This document shows positions 47,570 through 59,218 of a stretch of 63,998 nucleotides of DNA, piece by piece (the stretch's first letter is position 1; every line of letters starts with the position of its first letter). This stretch comes from Psammoneis japonica (taxonomy: Eukaryota): assembly GCA_008632985.1 (NCBI GenBank), contig QPGO01000307.1:1-63998 (forward strand), read 5' to 3'. The translations under genes were made by a program, and so were the position numbers. Below the pieces are notes generated by a model that worked only from the letters and a program-made list of their open reading frames with translations, did not search any database and was not told where the DNA came from.

Positions 47570-48705
47570 GACAGCACTTTCTGCTGTCAGCAAAGAGTGT
47601 GAGCTGGCTGGACTGCCCAACCCCACACTTCACAGTTCCTTGGCAGTCACTCCAAATCAAGTGCCAGCTTGGGACCAACTGCACCTGGCTGGTTGCAATG
47701 CAAAGACAGCTGTGACAGCAATTTGTGACAACAAGAGAGTGTGAGCTGGCTGGGCTCCTGACCCCAGCACAGCCACTTCACAGCCCCTCAGCACTGGCTC
47801 CCAATCAAATGCCAACTTGGTGCCAACAGCCACAAAGCCATTGTTGCAGATCTCTGCACCTGGCCCCTCACACAACATGTGTGGCCTTTGCAAAATGGGC
47901 CCCTGGCCAACTGCAGACTCCTCATGGCTTGCAACAAGCCACCACAACACAGAGCATTGTGGGGTGAATGCAGCACAGCTTGAGCAAGCAAGCCATGCTG
48001 GAAGCACTGAGAGCTGGCTGCTGTCCTGGAGCTCCATTCAAAGCTGAGCTGGGCTGCTTGGCTCCTTGGTGGGTGGCACATGCTTGCTTGGCATCACATT
48101 GTTGCCAAGCAGAGCCACATGGCATGTGCCCACCATTTGTGCCTGCAACAGTGATCCCTGGCCACAAAAAAGCCAACAAAAAGTTGAGCCTGCTTTTGTG
48201 GTTGAAGGGTGAAGAAATTGTGAGTGAGGTTGGGTTCAAGAGTTTGTTGGCAATGCCAAGTGGGCAGCCAAAGAGAGGCACCAAAAATGACTGTGTGAAG
48301 TGTCTCTCACTCATTTCTCAAGAGGAGCTTGTGCTCATGATGCGGGGTCTGAAGCAAGCACCAGTCAAGAGGACAACAATTCTTTCCCTCTCTGTTCCAC
48401 CCAAAACACAGCCTTTGAGTCAATGTGGTGCTCCTTCAACAATTGATGCACACACTGGGAGGAGCAGCTGTGGAGCCAGGGCAGCAGGCCTGGCAGGGCT
48501 TGGCTCACAACCAAGCTGGGCTTCTCAGCTTGGCAGCACACACTCAGAGTCACATTGTTGCCCTCCTGCAGCTGCAATGTGCCCCACTCTTTGCACCTGC
48601 AGCAACCACCCTGGACCAAAAGAAGCCAGTGCAACTCTGGCCCTGGTTGCATGGTCAAATTGTGTGTGTGTTCAATTGTCGGAATCCCCTCCTTTTTTCC
48701 CTTTT
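47570..48705. other. TpA- and CpG-depleted degenerate domain F
   Basis: No TA seen and almost no CG in ~1.1 kb. Internal ~140-bp duplication starting GAGTGTGAGCTGGCTGG. Confidence 0.85.
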
Positions 48706-48894
48706 CCTTTAAACCGGCCACGAATATGAAAAAATTGCCGAAAGAGGTGCGAGGAGACGAAGACGCCACAGCACCACCGCAACTAACTACTGTAACATCG
48801 GAACTTGCGTTAGAGCTTATAAACAGGCTTATGCTACCGGTATAGATTGATTGAACTTTCGGATAGATAGATTCATAACAGACTCCTACATAAA

Positions 48895-49556
48895 ATGGTG
48901 AAACCGACTCCAGATAATGTCAAAGAGGTGCTAAGCCAACTGACTTCTTCGCAGCAGGTGGTGCTGCGAGCTTACATTGCCTCACTCAAGGAAGAGATCA
49001 AGGAGGCCGAGACTGCTCTTCGTCAAGCTGAGGACGGAGATCCACATGCTCATTACCATGGACACGAGAAATGCACTAGTGGTATGTTATGAACGTGTGT
49101 TGTTTTGATTTTTTGTTTGATAACTTTACTTTTTTTTCTCATTCACTCCTTCCGATTTTCTTTTTAAATCTTCGCTCTTCAGATCATTCCCACGGACACG
49201 AACACCACGGTAAGGAAGAAGTTCACAAAGATCATGATCACGCACACGAGCATCATGCCGAAAACGAGGGACACTCACACGGGCATGAACACCACGCCGA
49301 AAAAGAGGAACACGCTCACGGGCATGACCATCAAGCCGAAAAGGAGGGACACTCGTCGCATGGGCATGAACACCACGCCGAAAAAGAGGGACACTCGCAC
49401 GGGCATGAACACCAGAAGGATGACGACGTTCCTGCGTGGAAAAAGAAAGCCTTAGAAGCAGGCGCATCCGCCGATCCAATGGCCGCTCCGTTTGGCGGCT
49501 CTTGGAATACAGAGGCAGTAGTGAGTGCCAAAGACGATGATAAAATGGAAGAATAA
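48895..49556 (+). CDS. Histidine-rich repeat protein, 2 exons (intron 49082-49182)
   Basis: GT-AG splice joins CTS-D-HSHGHEHH. About five HGHEHHAEKEGHS-type repeats, an N-terminal coiled segment and C-terminal DVPAWKKKAL...PFGGSW. Confidence 0.85.
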
Positions 49557-49643
49557 GCCATAACAGATTCCCATAATCATGTGCTACTGTTCTCGTCGGC
49601 ATACACTACTACTACTGCTTTCCCATCAATTATCGTCCTGTAC

Positions 49644-50837
49644 TCAATCCAACTCGGGCATCTCTTCATCTTCATCACCTTCCAAATCGGGCATCTCGTC
49701 GACATCGGAGTCATCACCCATGCCGCCGGCCGCTGCACCTCCCATGCCTGCACCCATACCTCCCATGCCACCAGGCATTCCTCCGCCCATCATTGGTCCA
49801 AGCTTGGCCATTATCTTTTGCATGACGGGGCCAACTTCAGGATCACTCATAACCTCCTGTACCTTTTCTCGATTGGACATGAGTTCCATGGGATTTGACA
49901 TGAGTTCTTCAAGCGCAGCTCGAACCTTTGGATTCTCCAATTCTTGAGCAATTTCCGGATCCGACGCAAGCATCCCCAAGAATGCGTCCGCCATGCTACC
50001 ACCACCTCCTGGCATACCTCCTGGCATGCCACCCGGCATACCACCGGGCATGCTGCTACTAGCAGAGGCACGCGCCTCGGCTTGTTCCTTGGCGGCTTCT
50101 TCTTGCGCCTTTTTGATTTCCGAGGCACGCTTCTTGAGTTTTTCTTCGTGCGCCAGTTTCGCCTTGACTTGTTCGTGTTCAATCTCTGCCATTTTGGTCG
50201 TGGCCAGCTTCAAGTCCTCCACAGTGCCCTCATCAAAGTCCACTTGCTGCGCTTCCGACAAGTCGTGTCGAGCATCCTTCCACTGCTCCAATTCAATATA
50301 AGCCTTGCCGCGCGTCCGCAACGCCTTGGCGGAATCGGGATTCTTCTTGAGCGCCTCGTCACAATCGTGTTTGGCCGCCTTGGGACGTCCCAATTTCAAG
50401 AGACAAATGGCACGATTGGCCAACAATAGTGCGGACGGCTCTGCTGCCAAGACAGCTTGGGTGTACTCTTCCAAGGCCTCTTCCCACTTGCCGTCAGATT
50501 TGAGATCTGCCGCCTTTTGTTTGTGCTCGGCAGCCTTGTCGAAATCTTCGCCTTCCGAGTACATGGGAGGAAAGTCGGCCTCCTTCTCGCCGTCATCCTC
50601 CTCCTCTTCTTCTTCAACTTTAGCCTCAGGGAACTCTTCTCCAGAAAGTTGGGAAATGTAATCCTTAAGCACAGCTTCAGTATGGGAACAAACAACAGCA
50701 GCGTAAGGTGTGAATCGTGAATAAGGATTCTTATTCTCGAGCGGAATGTCGCTCGCGAGTTGCATTTCTTTTCTCTCACCTTGATCAGACACTTCCAACT
50801 TTTCAATCACATCCAATACCTCTTGTGGGATAGTCAT
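49644..50837 (-). CDS. ST13: Hsp70-interacting protein (HIP/ST13-like), probable in-frame intron 50675-50779
   Basis: Acidic linker, three TPRs (ANRAICLLKL, NPDSAKALRTRGKA, AQQVDFDE), coiled coil, GGMP repeats and an STI1/DP domain. Confidence 0.9.
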   Translation of the reverse strand: MTIPQEVLDVIEKLEVSDQGERKEMQLASDIPLENKNPYSRFTPYAAVVCSHTEAVLKDYISQLSGEEFPEAKVEEEEEEDDGEKEADFPPMYSEGEDFDKAAEHKQKAADLKSDGKWEEALEEYTQAVLAAEPSALLLANRAICLLKLGRPKAAKHDCDEALKKNPDSAKALRTRGKAYIELEQWKDARHDLSEAQQVDFDEGTVEDLKLATTKMAEIEHEQVKAKLAHEEKLKKRASEIKKAQEEAAKEQAEARASASSSMPGGMPGGMPGGMPGGGGSMADAFLGMLASDPEIAQELENPKVRAALEELMSNPMELMSNREKVQEVMSDPEVGPVMQKIMAKLGPMMGGGMPGGMGGMGAGMGGAAAGGMGDDSDVDEMPDLEGDEDEEMPELD

Positions 50838-51234
50838 GATTCGTATTGTCCTTGTATGATTGACTTGACGATTGCAGCAACGCTTGTGGTCGTTGTGATC
50901 GAGATCTTTTCGTGTCTTCTGTCTTGCTCGTCTCAGTGAAAATATTTCTTCGGATCTGTATGTAAATCAATATACGGAGCTTGGAGGGAGTTGTTCTGTC
51001 CATCCCACCGTGTCGGAGGGAGATTTTGAGGTGGCACGAGGGACGACGCGCGACGAAAACTCGCGCGAGATCGATCCGACAACGAGACGCGATAGACGCG
51101 CGAGGCACAACGACGGCAAAAAAACAAGACGCCACTACACGTCTGAAGAAAGGCGACCATGTTTCGTATCCAACAAGCCACTTGACTGCCATCAAAACTG
51201 CTACAAATCATACTAAAGCATTTCAAGACTCATC

Positions 51235-54200
51235 ATGGAGCAATTTCTCGTAGAGCTACAGCAGGAACGAGATCGAGAGGCAGATGAATCAACTGCTCAC
51301 TTTTCTCCCAACAATCTATACCAGCAAGCCTCACGAGACTTGTTGGAAGCTCTTTTGAAAGCATCAGAGGAGCAAGAGAAAGAAGCTACGCAAGAACAAG
51401 TCGTTTCAGATGCACAACAGTCAGTTTCAGTACAGTGGCTTTTGGATTTATGTTCCAAAACATCCTCTGCTCAACTCTTGGGCGGTCCGTCTCAATTGGC
51501 GATTCAAATTGTACGTGCTGCGAATTTAAACGACGAAGCTCAGCAACAGGCTGCTCTGTTTGATGCATTGGGAGAAGACGGTATGGAAGTCATGTTTGAA
51601 ATTGTACCTCATTTACAAAGCATTCGAAAACAAATTGCAGAATCATCCATTCCTCAAGACAATAGCACTTTTGCTACTACTCAAAACGAGACCTTGTTTG
51701 ATCCAGAGGAACAATTACGACAACAACTGTTACAAGAAGCGCAGGATGCATCTCATGTTGCCGAGCTGACAAGAATAGAAGCAGACGCACTGCTACAGCA
51801 AAACAATAGCAGTTCGCTAGCTACTCACACGGTGGTTCGTACCAAGGATGTTCAAAAGGCGCAAAAGGACGCCAAAAAGGCAGCCAAACGTGCGGCAGCG
51901 GCGTGGGCGGCAGCACGAGAAGCGGGGGTCGTGGATGAACAAGACTTGTATCTACAGGCACCTTCTGCAGAAGGATTTGGTAGTGGTGGTCTTATGAATC
52001 GTTCCCGAGAAGAGTTGCAAAGCATGCAATTGTCGCTCGCTCGAGAAGGCACGAGGGAGTACCATCAAGAAAAGGGATTGCCGGCCGGAACCGAGCGAGA
52101 AATGACGGATGGATACGAGATTGTCACCATTCCTGCACCGGTACGAGAAGCGCAGAATTTACCGGCGAGGTTGCGCATTGACGACACTTTAGACAGTGCG
52201 TCTGCCAAGAGAGCCTTTGCAGGAACAACTAGTTTGAACCCCATGCAGTCCAAAACCTTTGACATTGCCTATCACACTCGCGAAAACATGCTGGTTTGTG
52301 CTCCAACTGGAGCGGGAAAGACCAATGTAGCAATGTTGACGGTTGTCGCGCATTTTCGCAATGTCGGTCTCTTGCCGGATGCAACGCCACAAATGGTGGA
52401 TACGGGAAAGAAAGTTGTGTACATTGCTCCCATGAAGGCATTGGCACAAGAAGTAGTTTCCAAGTTCTCGTCCAAATTGAATCCATTAGGCTTTGTCGTC
52501 AAGGAACTGACGGGTGACATGCAACTGACACGAGCCGAAGCGGATGCCGCACACGTTCTCGTGACGACACCGGAAAAGTGGGACGTTGTTACACGAAAGA
52601 GTTCCAACGATGACAACTCGTTGGGAAACAGTTGTGGCTTGCTCATTATTGATGAGGTTCACTTGCTGGCTGATGAACGAGGTGCGGTTATTGAAAGCGT
52701 CGTGGCGCGACTACACCGTCTTGTGGAGAGTCGACAGCGACAAGTCAGAATTGTCGGCTTGTCAGCGACCCTTCCAAACTACAAGGACGTGGCTGAATTT
52801 CTACAAGTCCAACCGGATCGCGGTTTGTTTTACTTTGGACCCGAGTACCGTCCCGTTCCACTACAACAGCAATTTATTGGTTGTATTACCCACAGCAATG
52901 ATCGATATGTAAAGGAAAACAAAATGAATGAAGTTTGTTACGACATCGTTGTGGACTCCTTGCGTCGGGGCCACCAAGTATTGGTCTTTGTGCATTCGCG
53001 AAAGGGCACGGGTGATACAGCCACGGCGCTTACGGAAATAGCACAACACAATGAAGAATTGGAGAGCGTCTTTTGTACTCAAGGCAAAGAGGGAGCCGCA
53101 GGTGACGCGTATAAGCGATACGTCGAACGTGTGCGCAAGTCACGAAACCGCGAAGTTGGTTTGCACTTTGAAAATGGCTTTGGCATTCATCACGCAGGTA
53201 TGCTCCGTGGTGATCGAAAACTATCGGAGCAAATGTTTGCCGATGGAGCAATCAAGGTCTTGTGTTGTACTGCAACCTTGGCGTGGGGAGTGAACCTACC
53301 CTGTCACTCGGTCGTTATCAAGGGAACGGAGGTTTACAATCCCGAAAAGGGAGGAAACGTCGATTTGAGTATATTGGATGTCCAACAAATTTTTGGTCGT
53401 GCCGGTAGGCCGCAATTCGACACCTCGGGCGAGGCAACGCTCATTACAAACCACAAGGCTCTGGCTCGGTATCTTGACAAACTTGTGCGAGCTGTGCCTA
53501 TCGAAAGCAACTTCATAAAGCAACTCCCCGACCATTTGAATGCCGAGATTGTAGGTGGAACAGTGGCTAACATTCGCGAGGCCGCCACCTGGTTGACATA
53601 TACCTATCTTCATGTTAGGATGCTTCGTAATCCTTTGGCGTATGGGATATCAGCGGACCAAAAAGACGATGATCCGATGTTACGGGGACGGAGTAAGGAA
53701 CTGGTTGAAGAAGCCGCCAAACTTCTAGCAGGCAACCACATGATTCGTTATGAGCCAGCAAGCGGTAATCTTTCTTTCAGGGACCTTGGTCGTGTGGCGG
53801 CTCACTTCTATCTTCAAGCCGAGAGTGTTGCGACTTTCAATGAAATGCTGGGACACAATAGCGACCCAACAGATGTTCAGTTATGCCATGTTATTTGCTG
53901 CGCCAGTGAGTTTGAAAATGTTCGAATACGTCAAGAAGAACTCAAAGAATTGGATGGTCTTGTTGAAAAGGCATGCCCGCTCCCAGTAGAGCCGCCAATT
54001 CATGAGTCTTCTGACAAATGTCTTGTGTTGATGCAAGCTTTTATATCCCGGTACGCTGTCCGTAGCTTCACACTAATCTCGGACACAAACTACATTGCTT
54101 CCAATGGCGGACGGGTGGCGCGGGCCATGTTTGAAATGACACTGAAAAATAGCAAAGCTAGGCCTGCTCTCAAGCTTTTGCGTATTGCAAAGAGTATCGA

Positions 54201-57200
54201 CAAACGAGTGTGGTGGTTTCAAAGTCCTTTGAGACAGTTTGAAGGTGAGCTACGCCATAATGTATTCAATGCTCTCGAGAGCAGAAAAGTCGGTGCAGAG
54301 ACTGGGTACACCGCCTTCGAGTCAACGCTTGCCTTGTTGGATATGCATCCCAAGGAGGTTGGTCAGCTCTGCCATTGGGCAAAAGGCGGCGACAAGGTGC
54401 AGAGACTGGTGAGGATGCTACCGCGTGTCGAGGTGGCATGTATGGTAAAGCCCATCACAAGGAGTATCATGCGCTTTCATGTCACTCTAACGCCAGCCTT
54501 CGAATGGCACGGGCGTTGGCATGGTGGAGCAGAGTCATTTTGGTTGTGGGTCGAAGACGAAAACAATGACAGAATGTGAGTATCGGAAGGATTGAAAATC
54601 TCACAGCTTGCTGAATCGTCTCACCTGTGGCTTAATATTGCTTCTGATAGATTTCATCAAGAACACGTGATTTTTTCTCGACGCACGCACCCCGAACCCG
54701 TCACACTGGAGCTTGTTATACCTCTTTTTAGTGACATCCCCAGTCAGTACTTTGTTCGAATGGTGTCCGATTCATGGGTGGGGGTAGAAACGGTAATTCC
54801 AGTGTCCTTTCGACACGTACAGATACCGTCACAGACGACGCCTTTCACGGATTTGCTGGACTTGACTCCATTGCCAACAACAGCGCTACAAGAGTCGAAA
54901 TATGAACAGCTGTATAGGTTTGATACGTTCAATCCCATTCAGACTCAACTGTTCCATGTATTATATCACACAGATTCACCCGTGCTTCTAGGAGCGCCCA
55001 CTGGCTCTGGAAAGACAATTGTTGCTGAGCTTGCTCTTCTCGTAAGTACTTTTTGAAGCATTAGTTGATATCCAGTACTCCAGCTTGATCTGAATCACAT
55101 CTTGGTGTATTGCAGAGAATGAAACGAATTCATCCGAAGGGCATTTGTGTGTATATTGCTCCTTTGAAGTCACTTGCCAGAGAGCGACTGAGGGAGTGGC
55201 GCCGAAGCCTTGGATCTCCTCCATTGCGATGGACGGTTCTCGAGCTCTCTGGTGACACGCACCATGACAGAAGTGCATTGAACAAGGCCGATGTGCTTGT
55301 GTGTACCCCCGAAAAATGGGACCTCATATCTCGTGGATGGCAAGGAAGAAAAGACTCGAGTGGTGAAAGCAACATCATTCATGGTCGCGGTTTCGTGAAA
55401 AGGGTCCGTCTCCTGGTCATCGATGAAATCCACTTGCTTGGTGAAGAAAGAGGTGCGGTGCTGGAAGCGATAGTCAGCAGAACCAGATTCATCTCGAAAC
55501 ATATAGAGAATGAGAGGGACACAAGCAAAACGGAAGCCCAAAACGATTCTGAGTCTGGGGCGAATGAAATCACTCGCATTGTCGGGCTTTCAACTGCTCT
55601 TTCTAATCCTTTTGACCTTGCAGATTGGATTGGTATTGACACTTCCACAGACACCGTAAAGGCAAGAAGGGGCCTGTACAACTTTCGTCCATCAGTGCGG
55701 CCAGTACCCATGACTATCCATATGCAGGGTTTTGCTGGCAAGCATTATTGCCCACGGTAAGTAAACACTGCTGGTATAAACATGTTGTTGTTTGCTTTGA
55801 CTTCTTCAATCCTCTGATCATTCCTCCCCTCTCGAAACTTCAGCATGGCGACAATGAACAAGCCGTGCTACAGCGCGATAAAGCATCACTCGCCCTCGAA
55901 ACCTGTCATCATCTTTGTAGCTTCAAGACGGCAGACTCGGCTCACCGCCATGGACCTCATCAGTTATGCTGCAGCTGATGAAAACCCTCGGGCTTTTCTG
56001 GGCTGCCCGGATGAATACATCAGATCAATTGCTGAGACACTATCTGACGAGGCTCTTCGTCACACAACTTCGTTTGGAATTGGCCTTCATCATGCTGGAC
56101 TGTCGTCTAAAGACAGAGAGACGTAAGTTGCCTATTTTTTTTTGTTGAGATCTACATTTTTCCTTTGTCTCATTTCTTAAGATTCATTTTCGTGAAGTGT
56201 TGAAACGCTGTTTCTAAATGGGGAAATCCAGGTGCTGGTGGCAACAGGTGGGTCCCTGTCCTACGCGTGACCGAGGACGAAGTAATTTGCATTCTAACTT
56301 TCTGCTCATCGTCTGCACCAATAGCAACCTTGGCTTGGGGGGGTCAATCTTCCTGCCTCTTTTGTAATTGTGAAGGGGACAGAATACTTCGATGGAAAGA
56401 CATCTCGTTATGTCGACTACCCCCTTACGGACGTCCTTCAAATGATTGGACGTGCTGGAAGACCCCAGTTTGATACTGAGGGAGTGGCTCTAGTGATGGT
56501 AGCTGAAGAGAAGAAGCCATTTTACAAAGTACGTTGGCATCAATCTAGTGTCACGGAGAAACGTTGTCGAGCGTGTGGACGCCACTAATACCATCATTGT
56601 CCGTGTGTCGTTTCCTTTCAACAGAAATTTCTATATTCTCCCTTCCCTGTCGAGTCCTGCCTACGTGAACGACTATGCGAGAATATCAATGCCGAAATTG
56701 CTATTGGTATGATTAATTCCGTTGACGATGCTGTAGGATACTTGAAATGGACGTTCTTTTATAGAAGGGTGAAGCAGAATCCTTCGTTTTTATGGAGTAG
56801 AATCTAACATCGACGAAGATGTCCCAGAAGTATCTTGTGACTGTTGTTCAGGGGACGACGTCAAAACTGCATGAACACGGTTGCATCCGCATGGAGGATG
56901 ATTCTAGTTTGATATCGACCCATTTAGGTCAAACCGCGTCAGACTACTACCTCGACCATCGCACGCCGAAGCAGATGCAAATGGGTGTGCGAGAAACTAG
57001 AAAAGTTCTAATGAATTGTCTTTCAGATCCGGACGAGAAGCTTGCTTCAAAGGACATCAATGGTGCAGTCGGTACGTCCCAGTCAACCGGCATGCCTTTC
57101 TTTCGATCGTCAGAAGTAGATGAGGTTTGTTTTGCTTTGCTTGCATATTATCTGTCGACAACGCACGAGTTCGACGAACTTCCTGTCCGGCACAATGAAG

Positions 57201-58271
57201 AATTCTTGAATCTTGAACTCAGCAAACGACTGTCCTGGGGAGCCGACGCACGCACTACCTTTGCTGGGTCGAACCGTGATACGAAGGATGATCTCGACAT
57301 AATGGCGGATCCGCACACCAAGTGAGTACCTTGCAGCAGGTTGGAATTGGTCATGCGTAGGCTGAAGAAAGCCCTGGCGCTAACGCAGTTACCTTCTCGT
57401 ATACAGGTGTTTCCTTTTGATACAGGCTCACATGGTACGAGCAAAGCTACCAATGAGTGACTATGTGAATGATACAAGAACTGTCTTAGATCAGCTTCCC
57501 GACTTTTGGCCGCATTGCAACATGTGGCAAAAGACGACAAGCAAGCGGAAGGAAGTTTTGAGCTGATGTGTCAGCTTTCCAGGACCAAGCAGCTTGTTCA
57601 ATCACGAACGATGGTAAGAACGCTGTGTTCCATTGTTTCGTGTGGAAAACTTGCGCTAACTGTTGTTTGTTTTGGACGTTACTTATAGCCTGACACTGAT
57701 CCATTATGCCAAATCCCTGGCATTACTCCAGATTCCCTTCGAAGGTCGAAGAAGAACGGAAAGCACAAGAAGGCGTTGGCATCATTTTCACATTGCGCCT
57801 CAATGGACAATCAGAAGCCATGCCTGTGATTCGCGGGGTGTTGCAATCCAATAAAGGGGGCGTCGATCGAGCACTGAATTTCCTTTTCTCCGTTCCCGCG
57901 GTTTCGGTAAAGAACTTGGCAGTATCACATGCTGTTGACAAACAAGATGGCAGAAGCACCGGCAAATTGTCATTCACGGTATGTGCAGAGTACAGCGCAA
58001 GCTTCAATCGCGAATCTGAAACCAGTACGGTTTGTTCTTTTTCGGCCATTTTGGGAAGTCTGAAGCGCCGAGCGCTCTTGAGTCACCGAGCCGTTGCGAT
58101 TTCAAGAGAGAATCGAAACGGAAGCGAATCTTCTACCAAGGACGTGATAATGGAATTTGACTGGGGCAAGCGAATGCTGATGGGGGCGAAGACGGTGGAT
58201 CCATGGTTCTGCGGGTAGTATCTGAAGACTTTCGAGGTATCGACATAGAAATGAAAGTGGCGCTCGTATAA
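51235..58271 (+). CDS. ASCC3: ASCC3/Slh1-like Ski2-family helicase with tandem helicase-Sec63 cassettes, multi-exon
   Basis: Cassette 1: [35 protein letters not shown]. Cassette 2: [33 protein letters not shown]. Several GT-AG introns (first 54576-54650) and three apparent single-base homopolymer indels. Confidence 0.92.
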
Positions 58272-58376
58272 ACGCAAGAGTCATTTCAACCATCTGTTCG
58301 TTGTGAACTTTGTACTCGAATCACGAGAGAATTCTTTCGTAAATAACTTGTTTCTAATAATGAAGGTTTCTAATGA

Positions 58377-58790
58377 TTATTGTTCGTGGTACGTAAACTC
58401 AATCCTGTTTCCAGACGGCTCGAAGACCATAGCATGAGTCAGAGGTGTACCCGGTAGCTCCTGGGGTGCGAAATCGCTCGTCACTCCGTCGAGTGCCGTC
58501 ACAATGTCATAAACTTCCTTCAGGGCATCTTTGGAAGGGACTTTAATGGCCAGGTGATGCAGGCCTACATTCTTGCGTCTGTCAAAAGGAGTTGCACCTT
58601 CATCCGTTTGCCACAGAGTGACTAGAGATGAGCCGTCGGAGACGAAATACGAAGGGTAGGATTCGCTGCCGCCAACCTTGGAATATCCAATGGATTCGAA
58701 GAACTTGAAGGAAGCTTCAAGGTCGGAGACTGAGAGGCCGACGTGAGAAACTCCGGAGGTAAGGCTTTTATTTGCGCTTGGGATAGACAT
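58377..58790 (-). CDS. VOC (glyoxalase/bleomycin-resistance) family protein
   Basis: SHVGLSVSDLEAS..FF, GLHHLAIKV and EPSGNRIEF metal-ligand motifs. Intronless. Confidence 0.9.
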   Translation of the reverse strand: MSIPSANKSLTSGVSHVGLSVSDLEASFKFFESIGYSKVGGSESYPSYFVSDGSSLVTLWQTDEGATPFDRRKNVGLHHLAIKVPSKDALKEVYDIVTALDGVTSDFAPQELPGTPLTHAMVFEPSGNRIEFTYHEQ

Positions 58791-59218
58791 GTTGACGAGG
58801 TTTAGATTAGCGTTGTTCTTTTGGTTGATGTTTTCTTGATTTTGTGAGCACCCTCATTGTTCCTTCTCCCCCAGACCTGTTGACTGCACTGTGCTTCGAC
58901 GAAGTTCTTGCTTTTGGCGCGCGAAAGCTGCACACGAAGGAATCGATAAAAACATATCCAATCACGAGGAATATAAATTTTAATATTAATCCGACCAATC
59001 AGAGATCGCCCATACCACGAATTATTGCCCTCCTACAGTGTATGGTGTACTGCCCTTGCGACCTTCACCTCCTCATTTTTTCGCCCAAGCCATTTTCGCA
59101 TCTCGTTTGTCGAAGATCCCACACCCTCATTGATCATGACATCAGACGCAGGTTGATCTCACAAAACAGAGAAATATCTAAAACAACTACATCAAATAAT
59201 CGATAGCAAGCATTCAGT

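Noticed and set aside
47212..47684. ORFs containing X runs (also 42058-42756)
   Set aside because: They only read through assembly gaps.
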